Below, piece after piece: positions 15,586 through 23,047 of a stretch of 24,000 nucleotides of DNA (its first letter is position 1; each line of letters opens with the position of its first letter). Both the position numbers and the translations under genes were made by a program. The DNA is from Paenibacillus xylanexedens (lineage in GTDB: Bacteria; Bacillota; Bacilli; Paenibacillales; Paenibacillaceae): contig NZ_JAGIKV010000015.1 in assembly GCF_017874615.1 (NCBI RefSeq), positions 63,890-87,889 of the forward strand. Direction: 5' to 3'. The notes beneath the pieces are model-generated. The model saw only the letters and a program-made list of their open reading frames with translations. It was not told the origin of the DNA and made no database searches.

Positions 15586-15599
15586 ACATATTTAATTCA

Positions 15600-16661
15600 T
15601 TAGCCCAGCTTTTGACCACAATTCGGACAGAAGTTGGCTCCTTCATTTTTGGCTCCACAGTTCGGGCAGAAGTTTGGCTTCTTGTTGCCTTCTGTAGATG
15701 AAGAGTTACCTGAATCACCGTTGCTATTTCCCGCTGGTTTCTGATCGTTATTCTGATTCTGAGACGAATTGGAATTGTTGTTCTGATTCTGGCCTTGGCC
15801 TTGATTCTGGTTCATGTTTTTCATCATTTCATTGGCCATGTTCATGCCCATCATCATGCCCGCCATATCCGAAGCTGCGCCGCCGCCTTGTACTTTACCG
15901 GATGCGATGCCGTCTGTCATGCTGACCTGCTGATACTTTTGCAGATTACCAACCATCTCATGCGAAGCGGTCTTTGTAATCATATCCTGAATCTCTTTTG
16001 GATAATTGAAGCTCATCACCTGAAAACCGGTAATCCCAATCCCGATGTCCATCATCTGCATATCCAGATCTTCCTGAATACCTTTGGCAATATCCGATGC
16101 ATTGGCCTGCAGGTTGAACATATCCTTCCCTTCACGGCTAATCCACTTCATTAGAAGCTGATCCAGCACGGAAGTGATACGGATTTTGACATCCTCCACC
16201 AGATAACTTTGTTTGATGCCTGCAATCTTATCAATCAGGGTCACATAGTCACTTACTTTAAAATTAAATGTGCCGTTGGCCCGAATCGGCATCCCGCCGG
16301 GGAGTTGTGGTGTTGGAATCAACACCGGACTTTGTGTGCCCCACCGCACGGTGAACTCTTTTGTATTTACAAACAAGACTTCGACCCGCATGCCGCTGTT
16401 GAATCCAAATTTGAATCCTTTTAATGTAGAAAGAAACGGAATGATCTCGGAATCAATATTGAACGATCCTTCGTCCTCGAAAATGCCTTCCACTTTACCG
16501 TTATTCAAGAAAATGGCGTCCTGACCGGAACGGATGATCAGTTTACTCCCCTTCTTGATCTCTCGGTTGCTCCACTTCCAAAATATCATGTCATCTCTGA
16601 ACTCTTCCCATTCCACCACATTCGAAAATTGATTTCTGAAAAATCCCATACTAATTCCCAT
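15600..16661 (-). CDS. ydjI: SPFH/Band-7-like 'virion core protein-like' protein with C-terminal double zinc ribbon (YdjI-like)
   Basis: 353-aa ORF. The likelier start is the second ATG (16649, MGFFRNQFSNVVEWEEFRDD...), which has better RBS spacing. The family motif is VVEWEEFRDDMIFWKW...IIRSGQDAIF. The C-terminus reads CPNCGAKNEGANFCPNCGQKL. Confidence 0.85.
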   Translation of the reverse strand: MGISMGFFRNQFSNVVEWEEFRDDMIFWKWSNREIKKGSKLIIRSGQDAIFLNNGKVEGIFEDEGSFNIDSEIIPFLSTLKGFKFGFNSGMRVEVLFVNTKEFTVRWGTQSPVLIPTPQLPGGMPIRANGTFNFKVSDYVTLIDKIAGIKQSYLVEDVKIRITSVLDQLLMKWISREGKDMFNLQANASDIAKGIQEDLDMQMMDIGIGITGFQVMSFNYPKEIQDMITKTASHEMVGNLQKYQQVSMTDGIASGKVQGGGAASDMAGMMMGMNMANEMMKNMNQNQGQGQNQNNNSNSSQNQNNDQKPAGNSNGDSGNSSSTEGNKKPNFCPNCGAKNEGANFCPNCGQKLG

Positions 16662-16726
16662 CCCTTCTATTAGTAAGCATTGTGTGTCATCATGCCTGCG
16701 TTAAGTTATTGCGAGTGTCCGTGATG

Positions 16727-17527
16727 CTAGAAAGATCGGCTGCTACCGCTATGGGAATGGCCACCTCGGGTGGTTCCTCCACCGCCGCCTCCGCCACCGT
16801 TATTATTGTTCTTCTCAATCTTGCGTTTGGTGACCGTTGTACGAATGTACCGATCCTGACGATCAATTACACTGGAATTACTGGAATCCTCATACGTTGC
16901 ACGATTTACAGTAACTCGCCCGCCAGAACGATGGGTCATTACACCAACTACAATTCCTCCGATTGCCACGGATACAGCAAGTTGAAACCACGTCTTAAAG
17001 AGGATATTATCCGGGTTTACCCCGGGCTTAAGATCCATATATTCGTAGGAGAGCTCCAAATATTTTTCAAAAGCCAATCTATAATTTCCATCCGATACAT
17101 CTGGGGCAATTTTGGCCGTAATTTTATCGGCTCTGCCATTATCGATGTACTCTTCCCCTTTGTAAAAACCAGCCAGATACATCTTCCGATTGTACATGTC
17201 TATTGTAAGAATAACTGCGTTTCCATGCGTTTTATCGTAACCAAATCCCTGATCGTCATAAAAGTCTTCGGTAAGCAGTTTTTCACTTTTATGCTCCTCA
17301 TTATTGGAGGTATAGATTACAAAGTCCGTCTGCCGTTCCGCGCCATACTGACTTGCAAGTACATTCAGTTCACTTATCTCCTGCTCACTCAGCAGGTTGG
17401 CCTCATCGTAGATGAGATTTTTGTTCTCCGCTGCGGATGCCGATGACATGGGAATCAACGGAGCGACAAGGGTGATCATAAGTAAAATGAGCGTAGCCAT
17501 CACGGCCAGAGGGGTTCTTTTTCTCAT
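16727..17527 (-). CDS. ydjH: TPM-domain protein with signal/TM anchor and Gly-rich tail (YdjH-like)
   Basis: The start was chosen at MRKRTPLAVMATLILL... (ATG, rc of 17525-17527). It overlaps the upstream stop as ATGA, which suggests translational coupling. The protein has a signal-like N-terminus, a TPM-type core (IYDEANLLSEQE...DFVIYT), a TM segment and a poly-Gly tail (GGGGGGGGTTRGGHSHSG). Confidence 0.85.
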   Translation of the reverse strand: MRKRTPLAVMATLILLMITLVAPLIPMSSASAAENKNLIYDEANLLSEQEISELNVLASQYGAERQTDFVIYTSNNEEHKSEKLLTEDFYDDQGFGYDKTHGNAVILTIDMYNRKMYLAGFYKGEEYIDNGRADKITAKIAPDVSDGNYRLAFEKYLELSYEYMDLKPGVNPDNILFKTWFQLAVSVAIGGIVVGVMTHRSGGRVTVNRATYEDSSNSSVIDRQDRYIRTTVTKRKIEKNNNNGGGGGGGGTTRGGHSHSGSSRSF

Positions 17528-18555
17528 AAGAATCCACCTCCCATCATCCAGGAAACCAGCTTCAGTGACAACAACGAGACCGCAGAGACTCCTGCGAACC
17601 ATCCTGCCACTTTAGCTTTGCTGATCGGTGGTTTGCCGACCACTTTTCCTGTCTGACCATTCATGGCAAAGGTATACTGTGCCCGATTGTAGTCATAGTT
17701 GACCATCCACACCGGGAGCAGCACATAGTCTGCATTTTTGAGCGTAGTATCAATCTGTTTGTCCGTGTAGCTCACGCTGGTATATCCGGATACAGTTGAG
17801 GCAATATAAGAATCAATGTACGATCTCGTTTTATCCTTGGCCCGTGGAAAAAGTTCCTCGTCCGTATAACTGTATTTTTCCGCAATGTACCCCGCCAGAT
17901 ACGGGGTCTTGAACAATTTCAGTTGATTATATGGAAAAGGCTCAAGCTTATCCATCAGTTCATCCTTCATTTTCTCCGATGCATCGATGGGCAGGTTCAC
18001 GTAATTCAGCCGAATCCGGCGGTATATATCGAAGTGCTGTGTTTCCGTGTAATGGTAGTCGCCCTGGGTGTAGGATCTGACCTTGGTGCCACGACCATGC
18101 ACTTCGATTTTGTTATGTAACTCGTACAACCAGAACGGCACGTACATGCCGGTAATGCTCTGAATCCGATCGGCGGACATGAAGCCACTTGGCGTTAACA
18201 GGCCATTTCTGCACCACTTTTTGAAAGCCTGCTTGGCTTGATCCTTGTTGATCGAAAAGGGAATCACCATCGCAGGGGCCAGATTGCCCGTCAGCCGATC
18301 ACTGAGTACAACCGCTGCACCGCAGAAACTGCACGTCGTCGCACTGGTCTCCGGCTCCGTGACAATGTCAGCTCCGCAGCTGTTACAGTGGTATTCCTTG
18401 ACCTCATTCTCCGTGAACACTTGTCTCTTCAAGGGATCGGGGATCTGCTCTATGTTGTCCTGGCGGCCGCAGCTGGGACAGGATAATGCACCTGACACAC
18501 TGTCAAAGATCATGCCACTGCCGCAATTTGGACATTTATATTCAATAACCGGCAT
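17524..18555 (-). CDS. ydjG: zinc-ribbon membrane-anchored protein (YdjG-like)
   Basis: 343-aa ORF with two CxxC...CxxC zinc-ribbon units (CPNCG...CPSCG and CNSCG...CSFCG) and a C-terminal TM helix (VAGWFAGVSAVSLLSLKLVSWMM). It sits between pspA and the TPM gene, as in the B. subtilis ydjFGHI operon. Confidence 0.75.
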   Translation of the reverse strand: MPVIEYKCPNCGSGMIFDSVSGALSCPSCGRQDNIEQIPDPLKRQVFTENEVKEYHCNSCGADIVTEPETSATTCSFCGAAVVLSDRLTGNLAPAMVIPFSINKDQAKQAFKKWCRNGLLTPSGFMSADRIQSITGMYVPFWLYELHNKIEVHGRGTKVRSYTQGDYHYTETQHFDIYRRIRLNYVNLPIDASEKMKDELMDKLEPFPYNQLKLFKTPYLAGYIAEKYSYTDEELFPRAKDKTRSYIDSYIASTVSGYTSVSYTDKQIDTTLKNADYVLLPVWMVNYDYNRAQYTFAMNGQTGKVVGKPPISKAKVAGWFAGVSAVSLLSLKLVSWMMGGGFL

Positions 18556-18622
18556 CTGCTCACCTCAATGTTAACGAAATATGATTCTAATTGACACTGT
18601 ATAACTTCGCTGGCAAAACAAC

Positions 18623-18721
18623 CTTCCGATCGCTCTTAAGGGCGAAGTGTTTGCTTCCGATGCAGCTTTCTTTCAGAAAGCTTTTAGCTCCGCTTCTTCA
18701 GCTCATTTCTGCCTCTACGTT
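18623..18721. repeat. Interspersed palindromic repeat, family A, copy 3 (variant body)
   Basis: CTTCCGATCGCTCTTAAGGGCGAAG ... CGCTTCTTCAGCTCATTTCTGCCTCTACGTT. The inner hairpin is AGCTTTC-TTTCA-GAAAGCT. It lies in the pspA-ydjG spacer. Confidence 0.7.
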
Positions 18722-18739
18722 GTAGTCTATATGTTAAAC

Positions 18740-19441
18740 TCACTTCTTCAGCTTTTCCTGAATCGCTGCGAGTTCTTCCTCCGCACTTGGCGACGCATTC
18801 TCATTATTACCCGCATCTGAGTTCATGTCCCTCTCCAACTGGGCGATTAATTCGTCCAAATCATCTTCCTGTGTCCCAGCACGAAGTTCTGCCAAAGCCT
18901 CTGCTTCGTTCAGCGCCTGATTCGCCTTATCTTCCATGGCCTTCAATGCAGCATCAGCTCTGCCCGTAGATGTATTCCGTTCATTGGCCTGTTGTTGCGC
19001 CTTCGCATCTGCGATGCGACCTTTCAGTTCTGCATGCCGCGCCTCCAATTGCCCTAGATCTGCAACCAGTTTATCGTTCATATGCTTCATCATCTTGGCT
19101 TTGGCGGAAGCACGTTCATAGGCGGCTTGTAATTCATTCAATTTGTCAGTCAGCTTCACTTTCTTCTCCAGAAAACCACGTGCCTTGTCTTCGTCTCCCG
19201 ACTCCGCTGATTTTTCCGCATACCGCTGTAACTTCTTGACCTCGGCGCTGCACTCATCCAATGCTCGCTTCGCCCGGCTCTCATCCGACAGCACCGCTGT
19301 CGTTTCAGCCTTCACCTGACCCAGATCACTGCTCAGGCTGCGCATATATTCATTCACACTTTTCTCCGGGTCTTCCGCCCGAGACAACATGTGGTTCACA
19401 TTGGCCTTCATCACGTCTCTAAACCTCGATAAGATTCCCAT
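18740..19441 (-). CDS. pspA: phage shock protein A (PspA/IM30 family)
   Basis: The start was chosen at MGILSRFRDVMKANVNHMLSRAEDPEKSVNEYMRSL (the canonical PspA N-terminus), preceded by GGAGGAGG. The long coiled-coil sequence is typical. The 59-codon extension in the track has no RBS support. Confidence 0.93.
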   Translation of the reverse strand: MGILSRFRDVMKANVNHMLSRAEDPEKSVNEYMRSLSSDLGQVKAETTAVLSDESRAKRALDECSAEVKKLQRYAEKSAESGDEDKARGFLEKKVKLTDKLNELQAAYERASAKAKMMKHMNDKLVADLGQLEARHAELKGRIADAKAQQQANERNTSTGRADAALKAMEDKANQALNEAEALAELRAGTQEDDLDELIAQLERDMNSDAGNNENASPSAEEELAAIQEKLKK

Positions 19442-19487
19442 TACTTGTTCCTCCTCCGAAAAGTTCATATGTATACTATAATACATG

Positions 19488-19515
19488 AATACGCCCACAT
19501 ACGTTTCACATTTCA
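19488..19515 (-). promoter_or_regulatory. ECF sigmaW-type promoter upstream of pspA
   Basis: The minus strand reads TGAAAT (rc of 19510-19515), 16 nt, then CGTATT (rc of 19488-19493). The B. subtilis sigmaW consensus as recalled is TGAAAC-N16-CGTATA. A second TGAAAC lies immediately downstream, within the 16-nt spacer (rc of 19503-19508). Confidence 0.6.
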
Positions 19516-19669
19516 CGATGGCAAGTGGAGTTACTACGATCCAAAGTCGGGTAATGATGGAGTATAAAAGAAAAGACGAACACCTATAGTGTCGCCTTAT
19601 GACCTTGTATAAACACACAAAAACTCAAGTACTAATCCTTTCTCGCAATCCACAAATCCCTACCTAAAT

Positions 19670-19903
19670 CTATGGCTCGACCGGAAGGCTCTCCACCGCT
19701 GTGAAAAACACATCCAATAATTCAACGTTATACGTTTTATGGACGTATTCGGTTATTAACGCCACATCCGCTTCCCTCTGATACTCAAGACATGGACGGC
19801 CTTCACTCCACAGCACCCTGCACGGGAACTTCCCGACAACATCCTTAATGATGTGATCCGGCTCAGCTACTTTATGAATGTCTCCCATATGAAATTTCCT
19901 CAT
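19670..19903 (-). CDS. hypothetical small protein (72-77 aa)
   Basis: The ORF starts MRKFHMGDIHKV.... The second Met (19888) has a GAGGAA RBS. A weak hairpin plus T-rich tract follows at about 19575-19600 on the minus strand. No family was recognised. Confidence 0.5.
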   Translation of the reverse strand: MRKFHMGDIHKVAEPDHIIKDVVGKFPCRVLWSEGRPCLEYQREADVALITEYVHKTYNVELLDVFFTAVESLPVEP

Positions 19904-20116
19904 TTCTCTATACTTATCGTGTGCAATTATGCATTAATTTTGAAATACATAACGATTCGATTCAGTGCATTTCATCACATTCCACTCGGAGAGTTATGAA
20001 GGCATAACACACAGGCATTTTGCAGACACAACAGGGCTGGTTCCCCCATAGGTGCCATTCCTTCGCAAGTTGGCTATAATAAGGGGATCAAAGTTTTCTA
20101 TAAAGGCAGGAAAAAT

Positions 20117-21799
20117 ATGCGTACACGAGTTCACTTTATTGCTCCCTACGAATCGATGATTCCTATTATACAAGAGTGCATTCCTCGCTTTCCCCAGTTA
20201 ACCATTCAGACGGACGTGGGCGACTTGGCGAACGGTGTGGAATTAGCAACTCAAGCTGAGAAAAACGGTGCAGAGATTATCATCAGCCGCGGCGGAACCG
20301 CCCAACTCATTAAAAAAGCAGTGACCATTCCCGTCATTGATGTGCAGTTATCGGGCTATGATATGATTCGTTCACTTACACTGGCAAGCCAGTTTAACGG
20401 CCAAACAGCCATTGTTGGCTTCTCCAACATCACCTCTGGTGCACAATCGATTATTGATCTGATGGATCTGCCCCTCAAGGTCTATACCATACATAGCTCG
20501 GAAGATGTCGCCCGATTACTTTTGGAGTTGAAAGCTTCCGGGTACCGACAGATTGTCGGAGATGTGATCACCGTCAACACCGCGAAGACCTATGGTCTGG
20601 AGGGATTGTTAATCCAATCTGGCCAGGAATCCATCCTTAGAGCGATGGAGGATGCACAGTTGGTCTACCGTTATTTGAGCAAAAATCATGCGATATCGAT
20701 CATCCTGAATGACCTGGTTACACGGGAACATCCCAATTTGCTTATTTTAAATGAACGGAATGAAGTTGTATTTGAGAACCTGACCGATTTTGAGAAAAAT
20801 CCGCTGACCGATAATTACATATATCTGACCAACACCAGCCTGGATTTCCATCAATCCCAGATCCAAAATGTGTTCATGGTGGACGATTACCAGCTCACGG
20901 TTAACGCCTATGAAACGACCCTGGACAACAAGAACTACAAGGTATATATGCTGGAAAAAGGACAACCCTATGCCTTTGTACAATTCGGCATAACAACGTT
21001 TACGGACGCATCGATGGAGCCTATCGTTGCCGAATCCCCTGCCATGCAGGCGGTATTACAGAACATTCAGGCACTCTACGAGAATCATGAACCGATCTAT
21101 CTGCGGGGTGAAGCAGATTCCGGTAAATCTTTTCTGGTCAAACATATTCATCAGATGTACTCAGGTGGCGGACTCTTATTACAGATGGATCTCTCGCAAG
21201 TTCCGCCCGGTCATTTGCACAAGATACCACTCGCCAAGGTTAGAAATGTAGAGATTAACCACATGGAAACACGTATGGAAGATCCGGAGTTGCTCGCCTT
21301 TATCCAGAGCTGCCTTCAAAACCAGATTGGGGTGTTTATACTCGGGGAACAGATAATGAACCCGCAGTGGTCACTTGATCTGGAGCTTAATACAATCATG
21401 ATGCCAAATCTTGCGGATAGACCAGAGGATCTGGCTCCACTGATGCAGCATTTCCTGACGGATTACTACCACAAATACGGAACTACTGCGGTGAGAATCA
21501 AAGAAGATGCTCTACAGCTGATCCAAGATCAGATCACACATATGAATGTCAACCAGCTGAAACAGCTGATCAAGCAGGCTGCACTCAACGAACAAGATTA
21601 TGTAATCACCACGGCTACCTTGTCCCGCTTGCTGGATCAGCAACCTTCTTCAAGCCCAATGAAGTTGGATGGTACGCTGAAGGAGATTGAGAAAGAAGTT
21701 ATTCAGTTCGTGCTTCAGGAGGAAAATAATAATCAATCAAAGGCCGCAGAGCGTCTGGGGATTAACCGGGCCACATTATGGCGTAAACTTAAAGATTAA
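20117..21799 (+). CDS. PrpR_N-domain transcriptional regulator with degenerate AAA+ module and C-terminal Fis-type HTH
   Basis: 560-aa ORF. The N-terminus (IISRGGTAQLIKKAVTIPVIDVQLSGYDMIRSL) matches the PrpR N-terminal sensor domain. A P-loop-like GEADSGKS follows ESPAMQAVLQNI. The C-terminal NQSKAAERLGINRATLWRKLK is an HTH_8 motif. No GAFTGA is present. Confidence 0.85.
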   Translation: MRTRVHFIAPYESMIPIIQECIPRFPQLTIQTDVGDLANGVELATQAEKNGAEIIISRGGTAQLIKKAVTIPVIDVQLSGYDMIRSLTLASQFNGQTAIVGFSNITSGAQSIIDLMDLPLKVYTIHSSEDVARLLLELKASGYRQIVGDVITVNTAKTYGLEGLLIQSGQESILRAMEDAQLVYRYLSKNHAISIILNDLVTREHPNLLILNERNEVVFENLTDFEKNPLTDNYIYLTNTSLDFHQSQIQNVFMVDDYQLTVNAYETTLDNKNYKVYMLEKGQPYAFVQFGITTFTDASMEPIVAESPAMQAVLQNIQALYENHEPIYLRGEADSGKSFLVKHIHQMYSGGGLLLQMDLSQVPPGHLHKIPLAKVRNVEINHMETRMEDPELLAFIQSCLQNQIGVFILGEQIMNPQWSLDLELNTIMMPNLADRPEDLAPLMQHFLTDYYHKYGTTAVRIKEDALQLIQDQITHMNVNQLKQLIKQAALNEQDYVITTATLSRLLDQQPSSSPMKLDGTLKEIEKEVIQFVLQEENNNQSKAAERLGINRATLWRKLKD

Positions 21800-21820
21800 C
21801 TTTAAGTTTGCGTCTTTTTT
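21785..21820 (+). terminator. Possible terminator after the regulator gene
   Basis: AAACTTAAAG (21785-21794) is complementary to CTTTAAGTTT (21800-21809). The stem is AT-rich and spans the stop codon. A T6 run lies at 21815-21820, 5 nt after the stem. Confidence 0.4.
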
Positions 21821-21871
21821 ATCGCCTTTATATGTTGCATTTTTAAACAGTTAACCGAGTTCTTAAAATTT

Positions 21872-21886
21872 ACAATAATTTATTGT
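21872..21886. promoter_or_regulatory. Perfect 7-1-7 palindrome ACAATAA-T-TTATTGT (candidate operator upstream of the permease)
   Basis: It lies 80-94 nt upstream of the KdgT-family start and overlaps TTTACA (21869-21874), a -35-like hexamer. Confidence 0.4.
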
Positions 21887-21965
21887 TGCTATATTAAACG
21901 ATATGGGATAATATAATCCCTGCAAGCGCTTCATAAAAACGATTACTTCATAAGGAGCTACTACT

Positions 21966-22952
21966 ATGAACATTAAAGCAACTTTAGATCGCATCCCTGG
22001 CGGTATGATGGTCGTTCCCCTGTTACTTGGTGCAACCATCAATACATTCTTCCCGAATGCCCTGCGCATTGGCGGATTCACGGAAGCACTTTTTGTCAAC
22101 AGTGCCAGCACGTTGATTGCCCTGTTCCTGTTCATTGCGGGTACACAGATTACGTTTAAAACAGCAGGTTCCTCTGTCGGCAAAGGTTTGACCTTGCTCA
22201 CGTTCAAATGGGTGATTGGTGCAGCCCTTGGTTTTATCGCTATTTTGTTCGCGGATTCAAATGGGTTATTTCTCGGCCTGGCCCCGCTTGCCATTATTGC
22301 TGCAATGACTAACTCCAACGGTGGTTTGTACATTGCTCTCGCCGGCCAATACGGGAAAGAAGATGACAAAGCAGCCTACCCTTTCCTAGCACTCAGTGAT
22401 GGTCCTTTCCTGACCATGGTAGCGCTCTCCGTCTTTGGTGCGATGGGTTTTGCGAACGGTATGTTTTCCCCAATGGCCTTTGTCGCGGTATTGCTTCCGC
22501 TTATCGTTGGTGTCATTATTGGTAATCTGGACCGCAATCTGGGGGAATGGCTGCATAAAGGCAGTGACAAACTTGTTCCGTTCTTTGCATTTGCTCTGGG
22601 TATGAACATTAGCTTCTCCTCCATCATTCAAGGTGGTCTTAGCGGAATTTTACTGGGTGTGTTAACCGTGTTATTAACGGGCGGAATCGGTTTCCTGCTC
22701 TTTAAAGCCATCGGCTGGAACCCCATCGTGGGTGCTTCCGAAGGTTCAACAGCCGGGAATGCCGTAGGTACACCTGCTGCCATCGTGGCTGCTAATGCTT
22801 CATTTGGCCCAATTGCCGAGATTGCTACGGTGCAAATTGCAGCGAGCGTTGTAACAACAGCCATCCTGTTGCCGATCTTCATCGGGTTCCTCTCCAAACG
22901 ACTGGAGAAATCAGGCGGAGTCGAGAAATACAATCAACGACCAACCACATAA
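21966..22952 (+). CDS. kdgT: 2-keto-3-deoxygluconate permease family transporter (KdgT family)
   Basis: 328-aa polytopic ORF. The start MNIKATLDRIPGGMMVVPLLLGATINTFFPNAL is typical of KdgT-family permeases. AAGGAG RBS at 8-nt spacing. Confidence 0.87.
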   Translation: MNIKATLDRIPGGMMVVPLLLGATINTFFPNALRIGGFTEALFVNSASTLIALFLFIAGTQITFKTAGSSVGKGLTLLTFKWVIGAALGFIAILFADSNGLFLGLAPLAIIAAMTNSNGGLYIALAGQYGKEDDKAAYPFLALSDGPFLTMVALSVFGAMGFANGMFSPMAFVAVLLPLIVGVIIGNLDRNLGEWLHKGSDKLVPFFAFALGMNISFSSIIQGGLSGILLGVLTVLLTGGIGFLLFKAIGWNPIVGASEGSTAGNAVGTPAAIVAANASFGPIAEIATVQIAASVVTTAILLPIFIGFLSKRLEKSGGVEKYNQRPTT

Positions 22953-23047
22953 ATGGGTATCACCTGATTTAATGTGATTGATCTGTGCTTAATGGATGAT
23001 CTGAACGGACTTTTTATTAAATTGTGCTTACAAGGAGGGATGACTGC

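Noticed and set aside
15415-15600. LexA/Cheo box (GAAC-N4-GTTC) upstream of the YnzC-like gene, as in B. subtilis
   Set aside because: No GAAC-N4-GTTC motif is present in the upstream region. The only conspicuous symmetric site is the TATCTT-N6-AAGATA palindrome.
16682-17446. 254-aa plus-strand ORF
   Set aside because: It is antisense to the TPM-domain gene, whose minus-strand reading shows a signal peptide, a TPM core and a Gly-rich tail.
17528-17602. 25-codon N-terminal extension of the TPM-domain ORF
   Set aside because: The internal ATG gives a typical signal-anchor N-terminus and forms an ATGA overlap with the upstream stop. The extension lies inside the ydjG-like coding region.
19442-19618. 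59-codon N-terminal extension of the pspA ORF (track start at 19618)
   Set aside because: The canonical PspA N-terminus MGILSRF begins at 19441 with a GGAGGAGG RBS. The extension would overlap the predicted sigmaW-type promoter and has no RBS.
21800-21965. Sigma54 (-24/-12) promoter expected downstream of an enhancer-binding-protein-like regulator
   Set aside because: No TGGCAC-N5-TTGCW-like element was found by eye. The only TTGCA (about 21835) lacks a GG at the -24 position.
21863-22369. 168-aa minus-strand ORF, and the 22376-22933 minus-strand ORFs
   Set aside because: They are antisense to the KdgT-family permease gene, whose plus-strand reading is a coherent polytopic membrane protein with a good RBS.
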